The position numbers and the translations under genes were made by a program. DNA of 40,467 nucleotides from a virus (Duplodnaviria; Caudoviricetes), in IMG/VR virus record IMGVR_UViG_3300037657_000136, positions 1-40,467 of that record, one strand, 5' to 3'. Shown one piece after another: positions 16,717 through 24,648 of the stretch (position 1 is its first letter; the number at the start of each line of letters is the position of its first letter). The notes under the pieces are model-generated. The model was not told where the DNA came from. It saw nothing but the letters and a program-made list of their open reading frames with translations, and ran no database searches.

Positions 16717-17154
16717 TTAATTTTCCTGAATCACGTCAAACCGCAGTTTGATGGTGCCGGTGGCCGCGGAAACGCCCGCGGTGGTGATGATCACCGGCGT
16801 TTCGCCGTCGAACTCGTAGCCCAGGGCGTCCACCGCCCCGGCCCCGGCGTCCAGGTCCGCCTTGTCGGCTGCGGATACGGCGCTCGTCGCCGCCAGGAAC
16901 TTGTCCACCGCTCCCGCAATACCTACCGACAGGGTGACCGTATTCGTATCGCTCAGGTCGTCCCAGGCCAGCTGCCCGGTCCCGGCCCATTTCTCCCCCT
17001 TCTTGGGGGTGAACATGGTGATGGGGGAGCCACTGGCCAAAGCCGCGGCCTCATACGAATCCAGATATGTGGCCAGCTTCGCCCCCCAGGTGAACCGGGT
17101 GAGGAATTTACCAGCCGCCACCAGGGCGGCGCCAACACTGTTTACGAGCGACAT
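16717..17154 (-). CDS. Capsid cement/decoration protein (Bbp16-like position)
   Basis: 145 aa jelly-roll-like, directly after MCP, strong RBS. Confidence 0.65.
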   Translation of the reverse strand: MSLVNSVGAALVAAGKFLTRFTWGAKLATYLDSYEAAALASGSPITMFTPKKGEKWAGTGQLAWDDLSDTNTVTLSVGIAGAVDKFLAATSAVSAADKADLDAGAGAVDALGYEFDGETPVIITTAGVSAATGTIKLRFDVIQEN

Positions 17155-17200
17155 AGCTTTATCTCCTTATTCAAGGCCGGCGTCCCCGCCGGCCCGCCCC

Positions 17201-18076
17201 TTAGTAAGATTCGTAGTGCTGGATCTCAAAGACATCGGTCTCCTGGAGCCGGGTGCAGCCGAAATCGATGGTGGCCGCAATCTGCCGCAGGTTGACCTTG
17301 TCGTACCGGGGCTGAATCTCCGCCGAGAAGTCCTGGTTGAACCCCAGGGCCAGACCCTCCTTGCACCAGGCCACCGCCGACCGGATATTGCCGGTCTTGG
17401 GCAGCTGCGTGGACATCTCCACGTTGTAGCCCCACAAAGAGGCCAGCTTGCCGGTGCGGATCATATCCAGCGCCTGCTGCTGGGGATAGGTCACGTCCAG
17501 GTCCAGCATCAGGTCTTCGATAGCCAGAGGGCTCAGGCGGAGAAACTTCTCCGATTTATCCCGGTTGTTCAGGTTGAACCGGGTGAGGGAGGCGATGATC
17601 TTCCCCGCGGTCATGCCCAGGGTGCCGGTTTCCTCCACCTTCTGGGTCGACGGCAGGGCGATCACCTGCTCGGTCAATTCCGCCGTGGACACGGAAATGG
17701 AATTGCCGATGGCCGCCAGAAACAGCTTTTTCTCCATAAAGCGCTCAAACGCCGCCTTGATGGAGACCTGGTAGGAGTTGGTGGGATCGGCCAGGGTGCG
17801 CAACTCGGCCATGAGGGGAATCGGCACGGTCTTGACGTAAGGCAGGGTGACCACCAGGCGGCGGGAATGGGGAACCTCCTGGAGGTTGGCGTCCTGCACC
17901 AGCGCGGTCTGGGCTTCCGGTTCCCCGGTCACCCCCACGTAGTCGATGTACTTCTTGTCCTTGATGTTGGTTTCGACGGTGACAATGGCCCGGAGCGCGG
18001 TTTCCAACTGCTGGGCCGTGAGCTTGAAATTGTCGCTGAACTGCCGCACAAACGCGGTGGTGATTTGATCAGCCAT
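17201..18076 (-). CDS. Major capsid protein
   Basis: QI.TAFV.QF....L.AQQ....LR N-terminus, G..RL.E..V..I C-terminus; follows scaffold. Confidence 0.88.
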   Translation of the reverse strand: MADQITTAFVRQFSDNFKLTAQQLETALRAIVTVETNIKDKKYIDYVGVTGEPEAQTALVQDANLQEVPHSRRLVVTLPYVKTVPIPLMAELRTLADPTNSYQVSIKAAFERFMEKKLFLAAIGNSISVSTAELTEQVIALPSTQKVEETGTLGMTAGKIIASLTRFNLNNRDKSEKFLRLSPLAIEDLMLDLDVTYPQQQALDMIRTGKLASLWGYNVEMSTQLPKTGNIRSAVAWCKEGLALGFNQDFSAEIQPRYDKVNLRQIAATIDFGCTRLQETDVFEIQHYESY

Positions 18077-18110
18077 GATAGGCGAACCTCCGAAAAGTTA
18101 GGATCGTTTT

Positions 18111-18262
18111 CGGCTAGTCCGCCCATCGGCGGGGCCGGTTCACTGGCGGCCGCAACTGCGGCCAAAAGCGTTCCGGGCCTCTTGCGAGGTAATCCGAGGG
18201 GTGTTCAGGCGGGCGCTGCCGCCCGCCGTCCTGCTATCGGGGCCCCGGGGGGGGTAATCCCG
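18111..18262 (-). promoter_or_regulatory. Structured RNA leader between scaffold and MCP (five hairpins; three share an AYUA/C internal loop)
   Basis: CGGG-AUUA-CCCC..GGGG-C-CCCG; CGG-AUUA-CCUC-GCAA-GAGG-C-CCG; CGGC-C-CCGCC..GGCGG-ACUA-GCCG. Confidence 0.55.
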
Positions 18263-18263
18263 C

Positions 18264-19109
18264 TTACCCGTTATCCCCCTGTTTCTGGGGGTGCATCTCC
18301 TGATAAATCCGGGAAACTTCTTCCACGACATGCTGATGCTCGGCGTGCTTGACGTCCAGATAGGCCGGATGGCGCATGAGCTCTTGCCGCCTGGCCTCCA
18401 GGCTGCTGTTCTGAACTCCGCCGCCGGCAATAAAATCCCCTTCGCTCATGGACTTGCCCAGGTTGTAGAAGAACTTCACCAGGACCGGCGATTCACCGAT
18501 GGCTTTGTCCAGGGCCGCCAGTTCCGGCGATCCCGGTGGCGCCACGCGTCCCATGGCTCTCTTGGCCAGGATCAGGTTCTCGTCATACTTACCGCCCCAC
18601 TCCTTCTGCAACCCGGCCTGGATCTCTTCCATTTCGGCCTTCAAGGTCTGCTGGCCTTTCCGGTACTCCTCCAGCATGAACTGGTTGTAGCCGTCGTAGA
18701 TTTTCTTGGCGGCCGCTGGCGTCAGGCCCGCCTCGTGGGCCAGCTTCCGGTAAACGCTTTCCAACTCCGGCAGGTAGGGGAAATTCTCCGGCAAACCCTC
18801 GGGCTTGATATCGTAAGCCTCCGGCGATTCCGGCCGCCCCAGAGCGGCGTAAAACTGATCCCACTCCTCCGGCGGGGCGTCATCCTTGGGCACGATCACC
18901 CCTTTGCGGCCCACCATGGCCTTAGTGTCCACAAAGGCCTTGGCCAGAGTCGGCACGTCAGGCACCGTCTTCAGGCTGTCGCTGTTCCGCAGGTCGGCGT
19001 ATTCGTCCCCAGCCAGATGCTGATCCAGCCAGCTTTGCACCTGCCCGCCGTCCTGTGCTCCTCCGCCAGCAGTCCCGGTATCGGGGCTGGCAACACCTTC
19101 TTCGCTCAT
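18264..19109 (-). CDS. Capsid assembly scaffolding protein
   Basis: LGRPE.P..Y, L.KEWG..YD.N, HP.Y....H..H..VV motifs; upstream of MCP. Confidence 0.85.
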   Translation of the reverse strand: MSEEGVASPDTGTAGGGAQDGGQVQSWLDQHLAGDEYADLRNSDSLKTVPDVPTLAKAFVDTKAMVGRKGVIVPKDDAPPEEWDQFYAALGRPESPEAYDIKPEGLPENFPYLPELESVYRKLAHEAGLTPAAAKKIYDGYNQFMLEEYRKGQQTLKAEMEEIQAGLQKEWGGKYDENLILAKRAMGRVAPPGSPELAALDKAIGESPVLVKFFYNLGKSMSEGDFIAGGGVQNSSLEARRQELMRHPAYLDVKHAEHQHVVEEVSRIYQEMHPQKQGDNG

Positions 19110-19327
19110 AAAGCCTCCTTCGGCAAAATAACCTCTCCCAGCATGTGACAGAGGTATAAACCCGCCAAACGGCGGCCTTCGTTCCGGGCCATGGCCAGGG
19201 GCTCGGTCTCCAAATTTGGCGACCACACCCCGCAAAACCGCAGCAAGTCCTCCCGCACATTCATTGGCACCAGGCGGTAAGCCCGCTCCAAATCAGACAG
19301 TGGCCGTTCGGGTTGATCATCAGACAT
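19106..19327 (-). CDS. Small head-module protein (Bbp19-like)
   Basis: DL.RFC....A.NEGRR..GL motif between portal and scaffold. Confidence 0.7.
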   Translation of the reverse strand: MSDDQPERPLSDLERAYRLVPMNVREDLLRFCGVWSPNLETEPLAMARNEGRRLAGLYLCHMLGEVILPKEAL

Positions 19328-19553
19328 CGATAGTCCTGCTCATTTTCAAGCATGCCGGAAAAATTAAACCGAAAGGTTTCCAATAAAAACTGTGAGGACC
19401 CCGATGGTCATTAATAAATATTTCTTGTCCGCATACTACATAACGTCTATTTAATTTCTCCGGGCTTCCAAATGATCAAAAAAATCTATCGCCTGTCTTA
19501 GTTTATCAATTGTTAGGCCGTACCCCTGACCCCTGACCCCTAACCCCTGCTCC

Positions 19554-21221
19554 TCAGACATTCCCGGCCCCCTGATTCAAAGCCTGCCCCAACTGATCCA
19601 TGGGCGAGCCCGGCTCCGGCCCCTTGGAGAGCGCCGGCATGGCCTTGGCCGCCTCCATGGCCATGGCTTCCATCTTCTGCGCCTTGACCTGCTCCGCCCG
19701 GGCCGCCCGCGTCTGCTCTACTATTTTGGGGTCGATAATCAATTTCTGGGGCACCCCGTAATTTTCCAGCACCACCCGCTCCGCCCCGTCCCAATCCAGC
19801 ACGTCCAGAGCCTCGAGGCCCCGGACCTGAGCCACTTGCCCCAGAAAGCCGGTAGCCTGAATGATCCCCTGAGACTCCGCCTGCTTCTGCGCCCGGGCCA
19901 TGGGCGAGATATATTCCACCTTGAACTTCAGTTGCCCGTCTTCCCCGATGAGCTCCCGGGGCGGCGGCGGTATCTTCCCCGCCTCCCACAAAATATGAAA
20001 CACCCGGTCGAACAGAGGCTTGTACCGCTCGTCCTGGAGGCGCACCAGGGCGTCCCCCAGAAACTGCATCTTCTCCTGGGCCACCTCCATGAATTCCCCC
20101 AGGGTCACTTTCTTATCCATGGCCACGCTCATCAGGTCGGCGTAGAAGGTCTGGCCGATGCGCCGCCGCAGACCGTCCAACCCCTCCTCCGACCAGGCCA
20201 GGTTGGCCGCCGTGGGAAAGACCCCGATCTTGTCCTGCATCCGGCCCTCGCTGCGCACGAAGGTGTAACCCCCGGGGATCCGCTTGATGGGCGAGCCCGC
20301 AAAGCCGTCATCCGCCAGAAGCACCGGCGGGCTCAACTGCAACTGCCCCGCTTTGGTGGTGTCCCGGACCCGCACCTGCAACTCCTTGCTGTCCGGCAGG
20401 GCCATCATCCCCAGGCCCCGGCCGTACACCTCAGGCTTCATCACCAGATACCGGGCCACGCAATAGGGAAACTCCGGGAACCCGCTTTCCTCCAGGAGGT
20501 GTTCGTTTTCCGACTCGAAATATACCGACTCAAAGGGCATATTTTTGTTGTCGATCTTCCGGGGGTCCCGGTCCAACCGGGGCTTAACCGCATGGACGAT
20601 AACCACCTTTTGTTCCGGGTTATTCTCTTTGACCAAACTCTTTACCTTGGCGCTGGCCTTATCCTCGCCCCATTGCTGCACCACCTGTTTGGCGGTGAAA
20701 TCGTAGCGCCGGAACAGGGTGTCCACCTGGCCGTACTGGTCCGCGGCCAGAAAACATTCCCCCAGGTTGATGTTCTGAAAATGGCAGCCAAAGATAGGAT
20801 GTGGCCCCACGAACAAGGGATTGGTGCCGAAGATGGCCCAATCGATGGTGCCTTCTTTGTCGGCGGTGTAGAAGTTCGACTTGCGGAAGGTGTTGTAATA
20901 AATCTTCTCCACCAGGTCCAGCCACAACCGCACGTCCCGGTTATCCTTCTGGTAATCGTCCTCCGCCTGCAACTGAAACCATGGCATCGCCGGGTTGACG
21001 TTCTTGGCGCTGAACCCGGCCCCGAACAGCAGGGCATAATACGTGGGAGTGCCGTCATTGATGCTGGACATCTTCTTGCCCCCGGCCGGGCCGTTGGTGG
21101 TGATGTTTTGCCGGAACCACATGATGTAATCAATAATCTCCTGCCAGTGACTTGCAAAACCGTAGCGCTCCCCTTCCGTCTGGGTCAACTGGTATTTCAG
21201 ATCCGCTATTTTGGCTCTCAT
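19554..21221 (-). CDS. Portal / head-to-tail connector protein (T7 gp8/Bbp21-like)
   Basis: PWF.L, SNFY, FGT, E.YGRG.GM.ALPD, VEYISP.ARAQK motifs. Confidence 0.93.
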   Translation of the reverse strand: MRAKIADLKYQLTQTEGERYGFASHWQEIIDYIMWFRQNITTNGPAGGKKMSSINDGTPTYYALLFGAGFSAKNVNPAMPWFQLQAEDDYQKDNRDVRLWLDLVEKIYYNTFRKSNFYTADKEGTIDWAIFGTNPLFVGPHPIFGCHFQNINLGECFLAADQYGQVDTLFRRYDFTAKQVVQQWGEDKASAKVKSLVKENNPEQKVVIVHAVKPRLDRDPRKIDNKNMPFESVYFESENEHLLEESGFPEFPYCVARYLVMKPEVYGRGLGMMALPDSKELQVRVRDTTKAGQLQLSPPVLLADDGFAGSPIKRIPGGYTFVRSEGRMQDKIGVFPTAANLAWSEEGLDGLRRRIGQTFYADLMSVAMDKKVTLGEFMEVAQEKMQFLGDALVRLQDERYKPLFDRVFHILWEAGKIPPPPRELIGEDGQLKFKVEYISPMARAQKQAESQGIIQATGFLGQVAQVRGLEALDVLDWDGAERVVLENYGVPQKLIIDPKIVEQTRAARAEQVKAQKMEAMAMEAAKAMPALSKGPEPGSPMDQLGQALNQGAGNV

Positions 21222-21222
21222 A

Positions 21223-21459
21223 TCATTCTCCGAAGAGCTTCTTGCGTTTGACCGTGGCCTCTTCCTCCACCCCCAGGCCGCCGGTCAGGATTGTCGAGGC
21301 CGCTCCCTTGGCTGCGTTGGCCGCTTTGCGCTGCTTTTCAGCCTCTTCGTCTGCCTTTTCCTTGGCCTCTTCGCTGGTCGGATCAACTGAACTGGTCTCC
21401 ATTACATATTGGATAGCCGGCGTCGATGATACTTTGGGTGTCGAAAACAGCGATGCCAT
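21223..21459 (-). CDS. Small virion protein upstream of portal (paralogue 1)
   Basis: C-terminus GAASTILTGGLGV...KKLFGE. Confidence 0.7.
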   Translation of the reverse strand: MASLFSTPKVSSTPAIQYVMETSSVDPTSEEAKEKADEEAEKQRKAANAAKGAASTILTGGLGVEEEATVKRKKLFGE

Positions 21460-21460
21460 A

Positions 21461-21727
21461 TCACTCTCCAAAGAGCTTCTTTTTGGTGGTCTTGGCCTCG
21501 TCATCGACACCCATCCCTCCGGTCAAAACGGTTGAGGCCGCTCCCGTAGCCAAAGATGACGCCTGCCGTCGCTTTTCCGCATTTTCCGCCGCAGAACCGT
21601 CGGAGGACTTAATCACTTGTGTCGCCCCCTGGTTAACTAAAGGCTCGAAGCCACCGGTTTGATAATTTATCTTAAGACCACTACTAGCTGCGGACCTATC
21701 CCATAAATCTTTTACAAATGATGCCAT
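21461..21727 (-). CDS. Small virion protein (paralogue 2)
   Basis: C-terminus GAASTVLTGGMGV...KKLFGE. Confidence 0.7.
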   Translation of the reverse strand: MASFVKDLWDRSAASSGLKINYQTGGFEPLVNQGATQVIKSSDGSAAENAEKRRQASSLATGAASTVLTGGMGVDDEAKTTKKKLFGE

Positions 21728-21740
21728 TTGGTCTGTCCCT

Positions 21741-22379
21741 TTACGCGTACAAGTCCCATTCGGTGATCACCCGCTTATCCTGACTCCCCCCTGACCACGG
21801 CTCCCTGAGGATCAGTTCCGCCACGGCGTAACCCAGGGCCGCCAGGGCCGGAAACTTGCCGGCGGCCTGCTTCAAATCTTTTTGATCCAACCCCATGGCA
21901 TACCCGGGCAACGTGCTCTCCGGGCCGTAGGACAACAACTTCCGTTCCTGGCTCTGCACCATCCCCAGCATTTGGAACAGCGTCTGCAGTTGGCCCTCGC
22001 CCTGGCTGTATGGAGCCTCCGTCAGCCATACCGGCTCCGGCCCGCCCTCGCTCAATCCCCGGTTCAGGTTGCGGAACAACCGCAGCGCCTCCTTTTGCCC
22101 CAAATCCGCCAGCCAGGTGTCACAGGCGCATTGATTCCGCAATTCCATACAGCCCTGGTGCAGGCCGGCGATGGTTGTAACCTCCCGCTCCGCCAGGATT
22201 TGCAGCGGCCGACCTTTCAGCCCATGGTCGTAGGCGTACTGTTCGCCGATCACCACCAGAAACCCCGGCTTGGGTTCCCAGGGCCAACCCACCGCCCCCA
22301 CCACCCGCCGGTAAACCAGTTGCCTTTCCTGATCCCGGAAGAGCACTTCCTTGCGGATATTGAGCACCCGTTTGATCAT
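21741..22379 (-). CDS. Hypothetical protein resembling a degenerate terminase RNase H-like nuclease domain
   Basis: ATG overlaps TerL stop; motif order parallels the TerL C-terminal domain. Confidence 0.55.
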   Translation of the reverse strand: MIKRVLNIRKEVLFRDQERQLVYRRVVGAVGWPWEPKPGFLVVIGEQYAYDHGLKGRPLQILAEREVTTIAGLHQGCMELRNQCACDTWLADLGQKEALRLFRNLNRGLSEGGPEPVWLTEAPYSQGEGQLQTLFQMLGMVQSQERKLLSYGPESTLPGYAMGLDQKDLKQAAGKFPALAALGYAVAELILREPWSGGSQDKRVITEWDLYA

Positions 22380-23698
22380 GACCAGTTCAACCTCGCTCCC
22401 GGCGCCGCCTTGATCACCGGCTCCAGGGCGTAGCGGATGGCATCGATGCAATGGTTATGCGCGTCCACGATGACCGGCAGCACATCCCCGGTCAGCCGGT
22501 CCAACTTGTAGCTGTATAAGCGGCTTTCTTCCGCGGTGTGGACGCATTCAGGGTGAATGATGATCTGCTCGAAACCCCTCAGGAAGGCGATCCCGTCCTC
22601 AACGCTCCCCTTGCCCTTGGGAGCCCCGACGATGTTCAGGCCCTGGCGCCGGAGATAGCTGATGGTCTCCGGCCGGGCATTGTCGGCCCGGATGGTGTGG
22701 CGGCCGGCGCCCTCGATCTCTTCAAAGGCCGCCTTGGTCTGGTCCAGTTCCAACCCGATCCGGTAGACCTCCCCCTGGACGTATAATTTCTGGCGGTCCC
22801 CTTCGACCGCGATCCAGCACTTGATCAAGGTGGTCGGGTCCTGGGCAAATCCCCAATCCGCCCCGAAATACGGCCCGTGCCAATCCGGCTGCACCCCGAA
22901 ATATTCCACCACGCACTTGCCGCCCAGGATCTGCGCCGCCGAATTGCGCCGGCACTCCCCTTCCCACACGTGGTAGTAGGCGTCCAGGTCCACGGAGGCC
23001 AGGTAATCTTTTTCCTTGCGCAGTTCCTCGGGGAAATAGGGGTTGTCCTGCCAGTTGATCCGCTGGACCCGGGCCTCCGGCGGCGGATTGACAATGAAGC
23101 GCACGTAGCTCGGGTCCGTGGGTTCGTCCGGGTTCATGCTCACCCAAATCTCCGACCCGGGCTCCCGGATGGTGGGAATGAGTATCTGCCAGGAGTAGTC
23201 GCTGTTTTTTTGCGCCTCCTCCACCCAGCAGATATCCACGCCTTCCATGCTCTTGATTGCCTGGGGATTGTTGCGGATGCCCTTGAAGATGAACTCTGAC
23301 CCGTTGGCGCCGGTGATGGACTGCTGCTGCACCTGATAAAAACTCTCGTACCCCAGAAGATGAATCTGCTTGTTTAGCAGGTAGTGCACCGACTCCTGGA
23401 TGGAATTCTGAAACTCCCGGGCACACAGGATGCGCAGCCGCTTCTCTTTGCCCTTGAACAACAAAGCCCGGGCAAAGCTCCAGGACTTCATGCCGCCCCG
23501 GCCACCATAAGCCACCTTATAGCGGCAGGGCTCCCGGAGAAAATCCAGCTTGGCCGGAATATCCAGGTCCTCCCAGCGCTCCACCGTCCGCGCCGGTCGG
23601 CTTTCAACCTGCTCAAGCCCGGCCATCAAACTGAAATAGAAGTCCTGAACTATGGAGACTCCCGAGCCGGCGCCTGATTCTCGCTGCACATTCAGCAC
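22376..23698 (-). CDS. terL: Terminase large subunit, PBSX/XtmB (Terminase_3) family; start may be 23626
   Basis: YGGRGGMKS Walker A, CWVEEA Walker B, G.DWG, NHCIDAIRY nuclease motifs. Confidence 0.95.
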   Translation of the reverse strand: MLNVQRESGAGSGVSIVQDFYFSLMAGLEQVESRPARTVERWEDLDIPAKLDFLREPCRYKVAYGGRGGMKSWSFARALLFKGKEKRLRILCAREFQNSIQESVHYLLNKQIHLLGYESFYQVQQQSITGANGSEFIFKGIRNNPQAIKSMEGVDICWVEEAQKNSDYSWQILIPTIREPGSEIWVSMNPDEPTDPSYVRFIVNPPPEARVQRINWQDNPYFPEELRKEKDYLASVDLDAYYHVWEGECRRNSAAQILGGKCVVEYFGVQPDWHGPYFGADWGFAQDPTTLIKCWIAVEGDRQKLYVQGEVYRIGLELDQTKAAFEEIEGAGRHTIRADNARPETISYLRRQGLNIVGAPKGKGSVEDGIAFLRGFEQIIIHPECVHTAEESRLYSYKLDRLTGDVLPVIVDAHNHCIDAIRYALEPVIKAAPGARLNWS

Positions 23699-24131
23699 TT
23701 TCCGCCCCGATTTCCTGGATGATGGCCTGTTGCACGGCCATCAACTGTTGGGTTTTGAGGTAATTGTCCAGAACCTTCCCGAGGAACTCCAGCTGCCGCC
23801 GCTCTTCTTCCTTGGCCGCCAGATACAAGGCCATCACCTTCGTATCCAGAACCCCTTCGCTGTCCTGCAAGCGCTCTTCCAAGAAATCGGCGCTGCGCCT
23901 GATCTTGTCGCTGATCTCCACGAACCGCCGCCGCACGTCCATGGCGTGGTCCAGCATCATCCCGGCCCGTTCCAGCAAGGCGCTCTTGCCCACCGACAGG
24001 TTGAGCGCCCGCACCCGCTTGGACAGGGCCTGCTTGGTGACCCCGAACTTGGCGCACATCTCTGGCCCCGACAACCCCGCCTTGACGGCTTCTGCCAACT
24101 CCATATCCGAAAATTTCCGCTTTCGTCCCAT
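23613..24131 (-). CDS. Putative terminase small subunit (N-terminal HTH)
   Basis: HTH GLSGPEMCAKFGVTKQALSKR plus helical body, directly upstream of TerL. Confidence 0.7.
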   Translation of the reverse strand: MGRKRKFSDMELAEAVKAGLSGPEMCAKFGVTKQALSKRVRALNLSVGKSALLERAGMMLDHAMDVRRRFVEISDKIRRSADFLEERLQDSEGVLDTKVMALYLAAKEEERRQLEFLGKVLDNYLKTQQLMAVQQAIIQEIGAESAECAARIRRRLGSLHSSGLLFQFDGRA

Positions 24132-24132
24132 T

Positions 24133-24238
24133 GGTCAACTTAATTGGCTCCGGTCAACCTGTGGTCAACCCTATTTCCCCTGACTGTGGCACAAAAAAAC
24201 ACCCCTGTCTGTATAAGGATGTTAAAGGATGTTAAAGG
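24133..24238 (-). promoter_or_regulatory. Candidate late-promoter/pac region with short direct repeats
   Basis: GGTCAAC x3 (24133, 24152, 24163) and 10-bp AAGGATGTTA tandem repeats (24215-24238). Confidence 0.35.
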
Positions 24239-24247
24239 TATGGTATA

Positions 24248-24433
24248 TTAAAAGTTTTTTATGCGGCTTTTGATGGCATGTCCAGGGATGAGAATTTTAC
24301 CGTTCGGGGCCGGTTGATGAAACTCGATCTTGCCGTCGACCGTCCAGCGCCATACGGTCAGGCGGCACCGCCGCAGCAGCGCCGCCGCCTCCTTGATGGT
24401 GAAAAACTTCTTGTCATCGATCTCTTGGACCAT
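24248..24433 (-). CDS. MerR/excisionase-like HTH_17 DNA-binding protein (possible late regulator)
   Basis: FTIKEAAALL......VWRW..DGKI......GKILIP motif. Confidence 0.75.
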   Translation of the reverse strand: MVQEIDDKKFFTIKEAAALLRRCRLTVWRWTVDGKIEFHQPAPNGKILIPGHAIKSRIKNF

Positions 24434-24438
24434 GGCGC

Positions 24439-24648
24439 TTAGCTTTCCCTGTCGTTTCCCGCCCTATCCCTCAACTTGCGCAGGAACTTAAGATCATGGC
24501 GAGGGTTGACCCTTATGCCTGGTGGTTGCGCCTTACTTCCCCCGGTGTCCGCGGCCAGGGTCTGAACCTGCTGGACCAGGCCGTCCCCCGGCAGATCAAA
24601 CTCCGGCAACTCCACCCACCCCCCCGGCCACACCGTCTGCACCCTCAC
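24439..24648 (-). CDS. Hypothetical protein
   Basis: Coupled to the Rep stop codon. Confidence 0.5.
   Translation of the reverse strand: MRVQTVWPGGWVELPEFDLPGDGLVQQVQTLAADTGGSKAQPPGIRVNPRHDLKFLRKLRDRAGNDRES

Noticed and set aside
19110-19235. Extended scaffold N-terminus
   Set aside because: It overlaps the Bbp19-like gene; ATG 19109 has a GGAGG RBS and stop-start coupling
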